DNA of 63,689 nt, the filler included, from Circinaria calcarea (lineage: Eukaryota), in the NCBI GenBank assembly GCA_051942165.1. It is 18 parts of 18 records of this genome, joined end to end, with 100 filler letters (N's around TTAATTAATTAA, not from the genome) between each part and the next. Parts side by side here need not be neighbours in the genome. Positions count along the whole stretch, not along the records: positions 24,863 to 28,309 come from JAVECS010002821.1; positions 28,410 to 31,851 come from JAVECS010002822.1; positions 31,952 to 35,393 come from JAVECS010002823.1; positions 35,494 to 38,935 come from JAVECS010002824.1; positions 39,036 to 42,475 come from JAVECS010002825.1; 13 more parts are not named here. One strand, 5' to 3'. Below, one piece after another: positions 24,763 to 39,950 of this stretch. The notes below the pieces were generated by a model. It was not told where the DNA came from. It did not search any database and saw nothing but the letters and a program-made list of their open reading frames with translations. Within the stretch, counting starts at the first letter, position 1. Each line of letters starts with the position of its first letter. Both the position numbers and the translations under genes were made by a program.

Positions 24763-25754
24763 NNNNNNNNNNNNNNNNNNNNNNNNNNNNNNNNNNNNNN
24801 NNNNNNTTAATTAATTAANNNNNNNNNNNNNNNNNNNNNNNNNNNNNNNNNNNNNNNNNNNNAGGTCATAAGTGGATGGAGTGGGATAGGAGCATGAGAT
24901 GTAGGACGAGGTTATTGCGCCACCTTCCTATGGTACTCGAGGCAGGTGATACGCTCTTGTGCACAACGTCCAGCTGTAGGATGTGTCACTCTTTCTAGTA
25001 GAACCCTATCATGCGCAGAGATCAACCTGGTATTGTCAGTTGAGATGCAAGACTCACCTATCGTCCAAGCGCTTTCCGCGTCTTTGTACGCCCATGGCCC
25101 TTGTCGACATTTGGCTTGGGGCGCCGTTGGGGAGATTGCCAACCGGGATATTCTGTCTCCCCCCCCTTGTTACCCCAGATCCACGCTAGTGACCCGGTTC
25201 GAGAACACAACGTTGATTCGCCCAAGACTTAAAATCAGTAATCTTATCTTTGTCATACTAACCTCCGTAAATGACTGGTGATACTCCCCCGTCACCTGGT
25301 TGAGGTCAACTACCGAACTGATTCTTAGCGACAGCAAGATCAATGGCCGTGCAACACAGGCTCTTGAATCTGGGATGACCATCCAACCTTTCGTCTACCC
25401 TCAGGGTTCGTATACCCCGTGTGCCCCGTGAAGACCTACCGAGTAGAATGTGGTGGGACAGCCATAGATTATAGTTACCCTTGATTGGCAAACGCTGTTG
25501 AAGAGTCATTTAGGGAATGCATTTGCTCTCGGAGAAGACCTCTTCGAGAAGGTAGAAACGGGGATGCTTATCATTACACCTGGTGACACTGCCGCTGCGC
25601 TGCCGGCGTTGATTTGGGAGAATGACAGAGTACGGCAAGGGGTTAAATATAAAGTCAGTGCTGCATCTCCCTATCTCTATCCCTTATTCCGTCCTGGTGC
25701 CCTATTCCACTCATTAAAACCCAGTCACTCCTTTTCAATCAGTATCCTGACACC

Positions 25755-27392
<1,638 letters not shown>

Positions 27393-28539
27393 GGAGGCCT
27401 GTGTGGCATCAGGGATTGGCCGGGCTGGTATCTGGTCATGGGTTCTCTCTATTTCTTCTATACCCTCCTTTATATATTTCTTTCTCTCCTTGTTTCTTTA
27501 CTCTCCTTCATAGATTATATAACTTTTCATCTTTGATGTTATGACCGGCAATGAGTTGGGTAAGGAGGTTGTACATAGCACATATAACTTTTTTGAATGA
27601 ACATTTCCATTTTGAACAGTGTCATACATGTTACCATGGCACTACTCTTCAGTGTAAGTGACTATAGAGCTACGAAAACTAGGAGTACCTTCGAGCCCCC
27701 TTATGTGTGATATTTATGGCTTACCTTTCGACTAAGTAGACGCCGCTAAGGGTTCCCATGCTACTTTGTCTTTCCGTGAAAACACCTCCCTGGCATATCA
27801 CAAGCCTTGCACAAACACCTAGGGAGAAGGCTATTTGCTCCTTGAGGTCTTTGGTGAGTACATAGAATACGGACTTACGAAAGGTGAAGTTGAAGTTTGC
27901 GCCTTGATGCTAAGAATACCTCGAGCGTGTTATGCATGTTTTAACGTGCATGCATGCATCGGGCCGCGCTCGGGACAAAGTCTATCTTAGTGGAAATCTC
28001 GATAAGAGAAGCACGGATCATGGAATGCGCAATCGAGATAAACCAGTTCCTTAGCTGGTCGAACAAAATGTTCCTGCAATCTCATCGCAGTTGCACCTTC
28101 GTGTTTTGCATCACAGACTTCTCAACAGGCAAGAGAGACGAGGTATTCTTGGATAATTCTTGACAGTACATCACTTTGCTGGCGATTGTCAGCTTCCACT
28201 CATTTGCCAGTAAGCAGCAGCCCAAGATCGATAGACTGCTGATTCACCCTACAACTTTTAATAATTCTCATACTCCCTTCAGTAAAGCCACAGCATGGCC
28301 TACGTGAGTNNNNNNNNNNNNNNNNNNNNNNNNNNNNNNNNNNNNNNNNNNNNTTAATTAATTAANNNNNNNNNNNNNNNNNNNNNNNNNNNNNNNNNNN
28401 NNNNNNNNNAAGGAATGATATCCACCATGTACCAGGAGGAGTATACCTTTCTTTTGATGGTCTGCTTGCCCCCTCTTCTGCTGCACAGCCGACTGCATAT
28501 GAGCGACGTCACTCATTAGAATCACTATTTCCTGTCCAA

Positions 28540-29139
28540 GTGCCTCTGAAAGAGCGGAACGTACCGAGATCGTCAAGTCCTAGCAAAAAACGATGGGGAT
28601 TGTTAAGGAGCATGATTCCTTTTGCAAATGGTTCCGCAGAACGGTCCAAGCTTATTACACTTGCAGCTGAATCGAATGCAGTTGAAGAAGAAAAAAACCC
28701 TGCCGAACAAGTCTCTTCCGGCAAAGTCAGCCCCGAAGGTGACACCAAGGTCCCATCTAGGTCTCAACTCCAAGCTCAAACTACCACCGCCATACCCAAA
28801 CCTAAGTATCAAACATACTCTTTCAAATTTTCTCTCGAATGGTTGGATAGGCTTGCCAGCACCCCAAGTGAAAGGCGACTATTACCTCCTCGTCTGCCAC
28901 TTCCCTCGCCGATACCTCTAGAGTCTAGGCGTCTGGACTCCCATGAGAGCTCTATGATTGTTCCGCATGGTGCAGCAATCGCTTCAAGTAAGTATGCCGG
29001 AAGGGCATTAGCCGAATGGGCAGTGACAATTGCGGAGTGTCAGAGTTTCTTTGAGAGAAGGAAACAAGAGGGAGTTCCTACCAGCAAACTGGTGGAGACG
29101 CCTACTCTGGGAGTTGAATCGTTTCGAAAACCGGGTTGA
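28540..29139 (+). CDS. C-terminus of a DUF1765/UPF0592-like fungal protein
   Basis: FKFSLEW..PPRLP..YAGRALAEWAVTIAECQSFFERRKQEGVP..VETPTLGVE. Confidence 0.65.
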   Translation: MPLKERNVPRSSSPSKKRWGLLRSMIPFANGSAERSKLITLAAESNAVEEEKNPAEQVSSGKVSPEGDTKVPSRSQLQAQTTTAIPKPKYQTYSFKFSLEWLDRLASTPSERRLLPPRLPLPSPIPLESRRLDSHESSMIVPHGAAIASSKYAGRALAEWAVTIAECQSFFERRKQEGVPTSKLVETPTLGVESFRKPG

Positions 29140-30180
29140 TCTCATGTCCCTGACGCAGCCACAATCAAAGTACATAGACCGGGGCGGGGGCCTCCCGGAG
29201 CCGTACACTCTTCGTGTTGGCAATTGAGCCAATCAAATCGAACCGATAGGCTCTTTTCTGTTACCTGCCAAACAAGAGAAAGCTTCAGACAGAGACATGG
29301 TTAGTCTGAAGGAGTTTTTTTCGTACACTGTTACCTTTAGCTTAGCTTCTATATCATATTCGGATGGGATTGGCTTAATCATCGTCGCTGCGACGTTTGA
29401 GACTTTAGATGGTGGGCTGGGGCGCTGGAGGGCAGTGACATGATCAAGATATGTGAATACGGGTTTTCATTTTCTTGGACAAGATACTATTTCATCTACG
29501 AGTCACGTACATACACCAGACTCTCGGTCACAGGTCTAGCACGATCTTAGGAAAAGGTTGTGGCTATCGGCATTATTATATATATTAGGTATCAATACAT
29601 AATATCACTTGGCTTGCGCAGCCAGTTTAAAGACAGTCACACTTCCGGATGCCTCAGGATCCTATATTGTTGTATACAGACTCTTACCAAATTAGTGTTC
29701 ACGAACACAAACTTACATCACAGAAATGGCTGGTGTAGCCCGTAGCTAGAAGATGCTCAGGTTCATATGCATGACAACAAACTCGGAGATATTCTAGTCA
29801 TTGCACGTTACCAAATTCAAGATCCCGTCTCTCATATCAACAGTTGATTGTGATGCCGACATAGATGAGTTCTTCAAGGGCCTCAATGTTAAGGTCGTAT
29901 AGGTTTTAGTTAATGCATTGAGGCCCTGAAGGTGTACCAAGATAGAGAGATTCGGGCCGAGAAGCTCCCGGATATGGGGTTCTTATTCATCTTCATGGCC
30001 ACGGTCTCTTTCAGATACGGAGGTAGGAAGGAGACAATCATGACCATAGGAATGCTGTGGCTTCAAAGCTCACACCATTACTTCGGGCATGACTAGACAT
30101 CCATTAGATCAACACCTAGCATTCTTGTTCAATCATCTACGTACGACACCAAGCCTAGGGAGCTCCCAATCTCAACTACC

Positions 30181-31638
30181 ATGCCTTCTGCATCGCGTTC
30201 ACAAGCCAGCTCAGCAGGCCAACCGTCGCCACAACGCCAACCTCCCATGCTACCGAATGAGATTCTCCTCATAGCGGAATCCCAATGGCTCTTTCACGAA
30301 ACCGAGCTTCTTCGTACCCCGTCGGTCCTCGCCGGCCTCAGCCCTGCCAAAGAGCGCGAGAATAGGGCAAAAGGCGTGAACTTCATCCTTCAAGTCGGCA
30401 TCATGCTCAAGCTACCCCAGATCACCCTAGCTACCGCTTCTGTATTCCTCCACCGGTTTTTCATGCGCTACTCGATGGTGGAAGAGAAGCCCCCCAACGG
30501 CGGGACGCCACGACCTCCGATGCACTACTACAGCGTTGCGGCTACGAGTCTGTTTCTGGCGACCAAGGTGGAGGAGAACTGTCGGAAGATGAAAGAATTG
30601 GTAATTGCATGTGTGAGGGTGGCGCAAAAGAATCCAGCCAAACTTGTGGATGAGCAAGACAAAGAGTATTGGCGGTGGAAAGATACGATACTGCAGATGG
30701 AAGATGTATTACTAGAAGCCATTTGCTTTGATCTGAGCATCGATCCACCATACAAGACACTATTCAATTTCCTAGTTTATTTCGGAGAGGAAAACAACAA
30801 GCGCCTAAGGAATGCCGCATGGGCATTCGTAAACGATAGTTGCTTGACCATGTTATGTCTCCTTTTCTCCAGCCGAACAATCGCAGCTAGTTCGTTATAC
30901 GCCGCCGCAAAACACTGTGGAGTGAAATTCCCCGATGACGCAGACGGACGACCCTGGTGGGAAGCCGTAGGGGTGGAACTGAGACAAATTCGAAGAGCTT
31001 GCAACTTCATGGCTGGAGTATATGAGAACAGCCCTTTGAGAGGCGGTTCTGACGCTGGAATGTACGAGAGGACACCAGAGGATGGGGATGACTGGTTAGC
31101 CAAGACACGGGAAAGAGTAGAGGACAGCGAAGCGGGACGGGACCCTCAGGATATGCGCCGGGTGCCCTCTGCAACTTCGAACGCTGGAAGCGATGTATCG
31201 AAAAAGCGAAGGCGGGAAGACGAGGAAGGAGGAGAAGCCAATGGAGCAGGACTAGGGTATGGAGTGGATAGGGCCAACGGCAACGCGGACGGAGAAGCCC
31301 AAGAAGCCCACGAAGAGATTCCCTGGGGCGGAGACGTTCCTGAAGAAAGAGAAGGGAGCAAGAGACCAAAAGTCGACACTAACGGCACGGATCCTAATCC
31401 CTCTTCCGCTTCCCAAAATCAACCTCACATTAACGGTAACACTGCAGCTACCAGTGCACCTCTCAACGAAGAAAGAGGGTTAGAAAGCCCCAAAATACCT
31501 GCTACGACAAACGATCCCAACCGCGCCTCTGCACCCAATCACAGCGGCGGGCCAACGGCGCAGGAATCCGGCCTCGTGAGTCCGAATCTCGATGACGTTG
31601 ATGTCGATGTCAGCGAGGAGGGCGAGATAGATCCGTAG
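30181..31638 (+). CDS. Transcriptional cyclin (cyclin T/K, Pch1/Bur2-like)
   Basis: QWLF..ELLRTPS, RAKGVNFILQVGIMLKLPQITLATASVFLHRFF, LFLATKVEENCRK and AWAFVND. Confidence 0.9.
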   Translation: MPSASRSQASSAGQPSPQRQPPMLPNEILLIAESQWLFHETELLRTPSVLAGLSPAKERENRAKGVNFILQVGIMLKLPQITLATASVFLHRFFMRYSMVEEKPPNGGTPRPPMHYYSVAATSLFLATKVEENCRKMKELVIACVRVAQKNPAKLVDEQDKEYWRWKDTILQMEDVLLEAICFDLSIDPPYKTLFNFLVYFGEENNKRLRNAAWAFVNDSCLTMLCLLFSSRTIAASSLYAAAKHCGVKFPDDADGRPWWEAVGVELRQIRRACNFMAGVYENSPLRGGSDAGMYERTPEDGDDWLAKTRERVEDSEAGRDPQDMRRVPSATSNAGSDVSKKRRREDEEGGEANGAGLGYGVDRANGNADGEAQEAHEEIPWGGDVPEEREGSKRPKVDTNGTDPNPSSASQNQPHINGNTAATSAPLNEERGLESPKIPATTNDPNRASAPNHSGGPTAQESGLVSPNLDDVDVDVSEEGEIDP

Positions 31639-32150
31639 AATCCATCTATCTATCCATTCATCACCTCCAAATTTTCTACAAGTAAAAATTCCAGTCAAGA
31701 CTTTGATTTCGGATTCATGAATTCCATGCCCGAAATTTTGTGGTTCCCATATGTACTGTGACTAGTTCCAGGGAGACAAACAATAAAAAACCGGGGAGAC
31801 GATTTCATCTAATAAACCCCCCCCCCTCCCCCTTTTCTTTCCATTCTTTTCNNNNNNNNNNNNNNNNNNNNNNNNNNNNNNNNNNNNNNNNNNNNTTAAT
31901 TAATTAANNNNNNNNNNNNNNNNNNNNNNNNNNNNNNNNNNNNNNNNNNNNGGAAAGGGGAAAGGGGAAAGGGGAAAGGGATATGAATAGGGTAGGGTAC
32001 TCTAGATAGTAGAGTTGAGTTGAATTTTTTTTTTTAGTAAACTGCAGATGCAGGTGCAAAGGGAGAGTAGAGAGTGGAGAGGGAGAGATGAATGAGAAAT
32101 GAGATAGCAGTGACCATGGCAATGGCAAGTGGTTGGATTAAAAAGTCACA

Positions 32151-32202
32151 TGTCTGCGTCTGTGTCTGTGTCTGTGTCTGTGTCTGTGTCCGTGTCCGTG
32201 TC
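32151..32202. repeat. (TGTGTC)n hexanucleotide microsatellite
   Basis: About 8 tandem TGTGTC/CGTGTC units. Confidence 0.9.
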
Positions 32203-32401
32203 TTGTACATTGCGAATCCAAGTTGAATTTGTCGCCTTGGTATACACAATTCTCGTCTCCGTTTTCTCTTCGAATCCATGCCTATCATATTACCCCTTTC
32301 GATCCCTTTCTCACCATCCAAACCCACCTCAACCTCCTCACTCCCCGTCCCCGCTTACCCGTTTTCGCAAAATCCACAACCCCCCTCCTCCAATCCAAGA
32401 C

Positions 32402-33421
32402 TTACTCCACCTTCCCCCTACTCTTCGGCCTCGCCGCCCCACTCTTGACCTTCTTCGCCTCGGGCCGATTGATATGATGCGCCGGGATCCAGCTCTCATC
32501 GTAAGCCTTCGCACCCGAGGTGACTGCCGGCCCATCCGCGCCCAGCACGCTGACCTGGTCCGACGGGTCGACCTTTTTGGAGCCGGCGGTGGAGCGCCTC
32601 GCCCTGTCGCCGCCTTTACCACCGCGCGCTTTTTGCGGGAAGAGGGTGGTGATCCAGGTGGTGTAGATAAAGTAGCAGGTTCCGGCGAATAGGGCGAGGA
32701 GGAAGAGGTAGAGGAAAATGCTTGGGTTGGATGTTAGTGAGTGTGACCGGGGCCGGGTGGAGAAAGGGTGTGGAGAGTGCGCAGGATTGGGAGTAGTAAA
32801 GAAAAAGCTAGGGAATGGAAAAGGGAGCAAGATCATGAGAGGACTCACAGCTGCGGATCCAACAAGCTCGAATCCGGCTCCACGACGCTGACCGTTTCAT
32901 TGAATGCCTGAAATGTAAACATTGCCCCCATCTGATTCTCGACCACGGCAAAAAGGCTCAAGCGCAGATCCTGCGGGTGTAGCTCCGTTGCGAAATTGTA
33001 ACTGACGCTCTCCTTTTCGCCAGCAGGCACCTGCAAATCGTACCTCGTCATCGTCAGATTCCGAACGATACGTTCCGGTGGCGCGCCGGGGGTGGGCAGG
33101 CTCCAGAGACTACCACCAATGAAGACGACATTGACGGGCTCGGCTTCGTCGTTGGTGACGGAGAGAAGCGCCTGCGTTGGGTGGCCGTTTATCAGCTTGA
33201 CGCCGAAGATCTCGGATTGCGGGAAGGAAGCGGAGATTGAGACGGCGAGGTTAGGCGATTGCACGGGGACTTCGACGTCTTCGTCGGTGGTAGTCTGTGG
33301 AGGTCAGTTAGGATTCTAATCCATTTGCGAGGATGGTTTGGCGCTGTACGTCTTCGGCGAAGGCATTGAGTGCCCGCAGGGAGAGGAGAGCCAAAGTCGA
33401 AAGCCGTAGGAACACCATCAT
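32402..33421 (-). CDS. IRC22: Irc22 / signal sequence receptor (TRAP) alpha-like membrane protein
   Basis: Signal peptide MMVFLRLSTLALLSL.., FPQSEIFGVKLING, FATELHPQDLRL, VSVVEPDSSLLDPQ / IFLYLFL (TM), YDESWIPAHH. Two introns. Confidence 0.85.
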
Positions 33422-34334
33422 GATTAGAGAAGTACGAGGTTATCGAAATCTTTGTCAAGACGGCCAAGAACGATGTGGCACATGATCCGAATCTCGCTTC
33501 GGGAGCTTGGATCATCTTCCCCACAATCTTCGCGGAATCGGAAGGAATATCCCGTAACCCTAACGAAAAAACTAGCCCGCTTGTCGTTTCCAAGCACAAA
33601 GTGTTGTTTGATTTCTAATTGGACTCTATTGACTGTGCTCATTCTAGGCATCTACGTAAAATCTCCTTACTGGTGAATAGATCTGTTTTCTCATTCAATC
33701 AAAATTTATCTTTTTATTCACTTTTACAGATAAATACGCAAGTTATAAGAATTACTACGGATAAATTTCTTAGGTTTTCTAAAGGCCAAGTATGTAGGAA
33801 GTAGTAGTGGGCATGGCCAAGGTATCCACTAGCCGTTGTGTTTGAGCTTAAAACTGTTTGGAATTAGGGCAAGGCATCCTGGATTCCATTTTCATGGGTA
33901 GATATGACGTTCAGTAAATACAAAAAGGAAGGGGGAGGCATCTGTGTTAATCTTGATGAGGATGTTCCTTGGCTCTCGTCCGTCTGCGAGTCGAATAGAC
34001 TTTCCCTCTATCGACAACCACATTTGTGGCGGGTCAACTATAGTAATGGCGCACGTAGATGAAAGGAGTTTGGAGTTCTGGAGGTTCTAATGGATTAGTG
34101 GGCAGTTGCCCGGTAAAGGCAGTGAATTTGAGAATCCTGCTAAATCCGATCAAGTTTAGATCAACGTCCCTCAAAAGTGGTTGTCCAATACGGGTGTGGA
34201 CCAGCACATCGCCTTGGGTCTGGAACAGAAGTAGATTTTGATGGGTCCGCCGCTGAGTACTCCAAAAGTACAGCCGAGATTTCAAGCAGAAGTAGAGTGG
34301 ATTCTTTCCCCACCTACTTTTTCAAGACAACACC

Positions 34335-35015
34335 ATGAACGCTCCGATGCCTCCTTCCTTTCATAGCAGGGAAAGGACACCATGTATCGAACTTGAAGAT
34401 ATCCTGGCGAAAGTGCGGACAATAAATAATGGACAAGAGCAGAATGCAGATAAAGTCCCGGACGATACAGCACCGCCGTCAAGGTTCACGATAAAGGACC
34501 AACTAGGCTTGGCTCAACGACAGTGGAATTTACGAGTGTCCGTAGTCGTACCTCAAGATACTGATGTTCGAGATCATCTCGGTCGGTGACAGATGCCCTT
34601 ATTATTTCCCTTTTGTATCCGGAGCTGATGGTCCTTGCAGCATTAGAACGTACGTTTCTCGGTCATCTTCGAACATCACTTGCTCTAGCGTTCGTTTCGG
34701 TCATAATATCTCAGTTATACACGCTCTCTCCAACATTGCCTACGCCAGGCAAATTTGGCGTCTTACGCGCTGGCAAATCACTCAGCAGCCTGTTCATCAT
34801 ATGGGCCATTGTAGTTACTTTGGTGGGTGCCGTTCGAGCTTTGAGAGTACAAAGTCTTTTGCTGCAAGGGAGGACCGTTACTGGTGGGTGGGACTTGATT
34901 GTAGAGGGTGCCGGCATAGCTGTGGTCAGTGATGGTAAAGTACTGGATGATGCCTGGCGCTGACTTGGAGCAGCTCGTATGCATCCTTCTCGTGTTGCTG
35001 GTATTGGAAGAGTAG
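34335..35015 (+). CDS. DUF202 (YidH/Vtc1-like) small membrane protein
   Basis: DVRDHL / ALERTFLGHLRTSLALAF followed by three hydrophobic segments. Two introns. Confidence 0.8.
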
Positions 35016-35493
35016 GTCGAGACCAGGGACCGCGCTTGCGCTTCTTTCCAAGACATGATCCCCTAACGGCCTTAACGGGGCGCAAGATAGATGATAATGA
35101 ATTATGATCCATGCAGCTTTTGCTATGTCAACGCAGGTACCTTCACCCAGCATAGTCAATGCAGACATGTGAAACAGTACGCACGTGTAGGAGGAGCGGT
35201 AATGACAGATGTAGCTAGAAGCGACGATAGAAGCGACAGAAATAAGTAATATTTCAAGCGCCAAAAGGATAGTAGCAGGGGCCGTGGCGTGCTAGTACAT
35301 TCCTTTTTGGATATTGTCATACCTTTGTATAGCCGTTAGACCTTCGTAGTCATATAGGAATGCATTGCCATCCGGAATATCAGCAAACTCGGTNNNNNNN
35401 NNNNNNNNNNNNNNNNNNNNNNNNNNNNNNNNNNNNNTTAATTAATTAANNNNNNNNNNNNNNNNNNNNNNNNNNNNNNNNNNNNNNNNNNNN

Positions 35494-37679
35494 CTGCCAA
35501 GAGTTTCAGTCTCTTGTCCGCGTCTTTGGCTTTATGAGGACTCCTGGACCATTCTATAGGCTTGCCTTGCAGGATTGCGCTGTCGACGGCTTCCCCTACT
35601 TTAGCTTCGAAGCGCTCCGCTTGCAGGAGAAGTCTGTTAATCGCCTTCCAACTCAGATAGCGAAGCTCGTCGAGCTTGAAACCTGTAGGGCTTAAAGGAG
35701 AAGACTGGTGTCTGGCCACGGTAGTGGAAGATTCCGAAGATTTCCTTACCGGGTCCACACTAAGCTCATCATAGAGTTTCCGCTGCCATACTTCGTCGGC
35801 ATCATCGGGGCCAGCCCACAAACCGTCGCGGGGTGGTTGAGCTTCTTTTAGGTTTCGGTGATTATGTCCAGCTACCAGGCTTTGTAGAGCAAAAAGTTCT
35901 TTAAAGAATCTAGAGAAGTCTTCTGACCAGTCCGGGTTGCTCCCCTCGGTTTGCATTGACATTTGGGTACGATTAGATGCTTCTCGCAGTTCTGTCTTGG
36001 CTAGTTGCACTAGCTTGTCACCTGCCATTGAGTGTTGTTCTAACTGATTCTTCAGGAAATCGACCACACCAGCTCTTCCTGAAGCTCTTGCAAGGGTTCT
36101 CCAATCGAACGGCACAAGCGGGCCACCTGAGGCGTTCTTCGATTTGACATATGCAATCCAGATCGACTTTACCTGAACGGCATTCCCAACCTCCCCCGCG
36201 GTGTTCAAATACATACGCCAAGCTCCATCAGATGGAGTAATTCCGGATACGTTCAGTTCTTGCATTGCAAACCCGACCAACTCTGCCCGACGCGCCTTTG
36301 CAGCCATTGTAACAATGGTATTGAAGGTAGATTGTTCTGGCGACACACCTAACATTGCAAACATCGCCATCACTTGAGAAATGGTCTCGATAGCCTTTTC
36401 GTCCGTCACAGCAGTAGGCATTACGTAGGTTGGCGCATTAATGAGTATCATGTGGAGAATTCCGTGAAGAAAGGAGTTCATGTGAATTGTATTAACTTTG
36501 TTGCCGCTTGCAAGGTAAGAGTGCAGTGCTGTTACCATGGCTATAGCATGACGGGGGCTACGGCTCTCTTCAATATCAGTTTGTTGAGCAGAACGTAGAA
36601 TGTTGAGTACAAAGGTCAAACTGTGAAATCTCGACGGGCTTCCGGATTGGCATATCATGCAGTAGACCTGGAAAGCTTCATGAAAGGGACGCTCCTCTAG
36701 GAACAGATCGACGAAATGAGTGGGCAGCTGGGTAGGATGCAGTCGCGTAGCAGTATCTAAGGCGAGATATGCATTCCGCCAGTCTCCGTGAACGAGACGA
36801 GCTTTGGTGATACCCTGCAGTAGTGTCATACTGGTCCCAGGGATTGTAGTAGGTTTCTCGCGTTGTGAAACGATGGCTCCGGAAGAGAGGTGATACTCAT
36901 TGAAATTTGATGGAAATCTTTTGAGAGCATGTTGGTAGACTTCTTCGCAATATGAAAGGCTTTTACCGTAAGTTGCTAACAACTCGATGGCGGCTCCGTA
37001 TGTCCCGAGGTCAAGGTAATTGTTGTCCTGTTGGACGATCCAACTCCAAAACTCGATCCCCTTATCAAAAAGTTTGGACTCTTTATAATAACTGATCAGA
37101 TGAAGACTGGCCTTCGGATGTGGTGGTAACTGCCTGCTTTTATAGAGCTTTTGGAAAGTCTCAACACGTTGCCGGATGTGCTTGACAGATTTTTGAATTG
37201 TGACTAAGTTTCGGAACTGATTATGGAGAAGACGGGCAATCTCCTGACTGTCATGTGGAAGAAGTAATTTCTCTTCTAGGAGGCTTGGATATGTTGCCAC
37301 CACGCCCTCGAGATTAGAAGCTCCCAATAGACTGTGGAATTCAAGAAGCTATGGCAAATCAATCCTGTATACCCTCGAAGCGAATAAATCATCCAAATAC
37401 CTTCTGAGGTACCGCATTCTCCAGGGAATCTGACGGTAGGTCGGATTGAATTCTGGTAGTTTTGTATCCTTCGGATCTTTTCGGTTTCTTTCCTTTCCTT
37501 TGTTTGTGAGATGCTGACTTGGGGAATTTAAACCGGGGTTCTGCCCGACTGGTAGAAGACCTAGATGTTCCGGGATTGGCTACTGGGTAGTGATGATTGA
37601 TGAGAAAGGAGGGCAGCAAAAATGGTGCCTGTGGGCAGACAATGCGGACAACCCTCCTACACAGTAAGGACTGGGACAT
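35494..37679 (-). CDS. Mitochondrial PPR-like helical repeat protein, 3'-truncated
   Basis: Arg-rich presequence-like N-terminus, an intron near 37349-37400, and PPR-like motifs TYGAAIELL, GVSPEQSTFNTIV and GITPSDGAWRMYL. Confidence 0.7.
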
Positions 37680-37909
37680 CTCTTGTACTGGAGGTCAGTG
37701 ACAATCGGTATAATCCTGACAGAGTAGACAAAGTGATCAACTTGGTTTCGAGAATTAACGTGACAAACGCGCACACGCTAGTAAAAATGGATCACGGAGT
37801 TATCTTCGATGAAATCCGCCGGCTTTTATTGTTTAGCAAATTCTTGCACAGATCGGATAAAGTTGCAACATCTACCAAGTCAAAAACTCTGAATTTGAGC
37901 CATACAAAG

Positions 37910-38935
37910 ATGACTCGAGCTTCGGAGCGGAAGCATATCAAAGCTCAAGCATCCAGACATCATCCAGTGTCACCCGCACCTGATCAACTATCCGATGCCA
38001 GTAAACCGGACCGAGAAATCATTGAAAAGGATGCAACCGAACTGCAATTGGAGAAATTGGTTTTTGGTGACGATGAAGGCTTCAGGGAAGGATTGAAGTC
38101 ATATAGACAGGATGCCGGGCTTCCAGAGTCCTCCGAAGAGGAGGGAGTAGAAGAAAACCCAGGGGCCCTAGGAGAAGAAGATCAAGATCTGGAAGGCGTC
38201 CATGATGAAGATGTATGTACGTGGATTCGAGGCTAGTCAACCATAGTTGTGGTTTACCAATCTATTAGCTCTTCTTCCTCGACTCTGGTCCATCTACAAA
38301 TCTTACAAAAGATCTCATCTTAGCACCTCCCTTCGAGGAGGAGTATGAAACCGAACAAGGCGATCCACCCGCCTGGGTGGACAGCGACGATGAACGGATC
38401 TCTGTTTCGTTGGCTTCGAATCCGCGGCTTCGCAAGCTACGTCGTAACGAAGGAGAGGATATTGTCAGTGGCAGAGAATATACAAAACGTCTACGTGAAC
38501 AATTCGAACGCCTTTACCCGGTCCCCGAATGGGCAAATCCTTCTGCATCCAAATCTACATCTCGAAGGAAACGTCGAAGAGCTTCTCAAACCAACACCGA
38601 CTCCGAGAACGATTCTTCCGCAAACGAATCGTCCATAGACTCGGACTCCCTCTCTGCCCAACCCCTTGCTAAGCTTCTTCAAAACGCCTCTTCCTTCACA
38701 TCCACTTCCTCATCTGGCAAACACAAACTTCGCCCCGAGACCATCGACATGCAACGTTCCAAAGACGTCGGGGCCACCCAACCCGTAAGAAAACCTCTTC
38801 CCTTCCCCTGACAACCAAAACTCCACTAACCCCACCCCTCTAGTCGGCCATTACATCCCTTTCCTTTCACCCTTATCACCCCATCCTCCTCTCCTCCGGC
38901 CCCTCCTCTACGCTCTTCCTCCACCACATCTCCCC
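37910..38935 (+). CDS. UTP18: U3 snoRNP WD40 protein Utp18, 3'-truncated
   Basis: ELQLEKLVFGD, LFFLD, AWVDSDDE..RLRKLR, RLREQFERLYPVPEWA and AITSLSFHP. Divergent from the PPR-like gene, 230 bp apart. Confidence 0.9.
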
Positions 38936-39950
38936 NNNNNNNNNNNNNNNNNNNNNNNNNNNNNNNNNNNNNNNNNNNNTTAATTAATTAANNNNNNNNN
39001 NNNNNNNNNNNNNNNNNNNNNNNNNNNNNNNNNNNGATGGATAGAATTGGGCTGATAGATACGGGTGATATGCTGCATGAGCTTGGGCCGCTCTTTGCGT
39101 CTGATAAGTGAGATGATGCCTTCTCCGGTCCTTTGGTAATCTTACCATTTCCACCGATCTCATACACGAAATGTGAACAAGGTTCACGCATTCCAGAACT
39201 TGAAAGACCCCCCAGTTCCGTATAACGTGAGGAACGACTCTTGGCACAGTGGGTATCACCCTGTGGACATATATATCTCAGAGGAGACTGCTATTTGCCA
39301 TGTTGTTCCAGGAATTTGTTGCTAGTGTGTCGTCGTTTGGGAACTAGATCCTAATTTGAAAATGAGAAGCTCTGGGTTCCAGCAAAGTGGAAGCTCGGTG
39401 GTAGCGCCTCGTCCCAGGCTTCTGTGAGGCAGCTACTTCTGCGCTGGCAACTACGTCAATCACGTCGGATATCAAGTAGCCCACTCAATTAAAAGATGGG
39501 ACTGCTATGGTTGGGGGTATTAATTCGGTTCCGAAGGGGGTACCGTTCCCTTTTGACGCGTAGAGAGAGTATCTGGGTTATAAGCCTATGACTATGAGAG
39601 TCCTTCTTCGAGAGCAATTGGTATTGAACGCAAAGGACATTGCCATCGACGGGGTTAAACTTGGTTAGCCAAGTGCCACGGAGTCGAAATAATCTCTTTC
39701 ATTCCATCCATGTATACGTAAGATTGTTATATTCTCAAACTACATGGCATAGCAAACAGAAACAGAAACATTTTCTCAAGGATCGAAGACCGACGGCTGC
39801 CATACTTTACCGTGTGCAATGTACTCACAAAAAATCACAGGAGATTCCCATGGCAAAGCATAAACATAAGATGGATTGTGCCGTACAGGTTTTGATAAGG
39901 ATAGATATCAAAATCATCAAATACCACGAGCATCGTGCGAAACCCAAGAT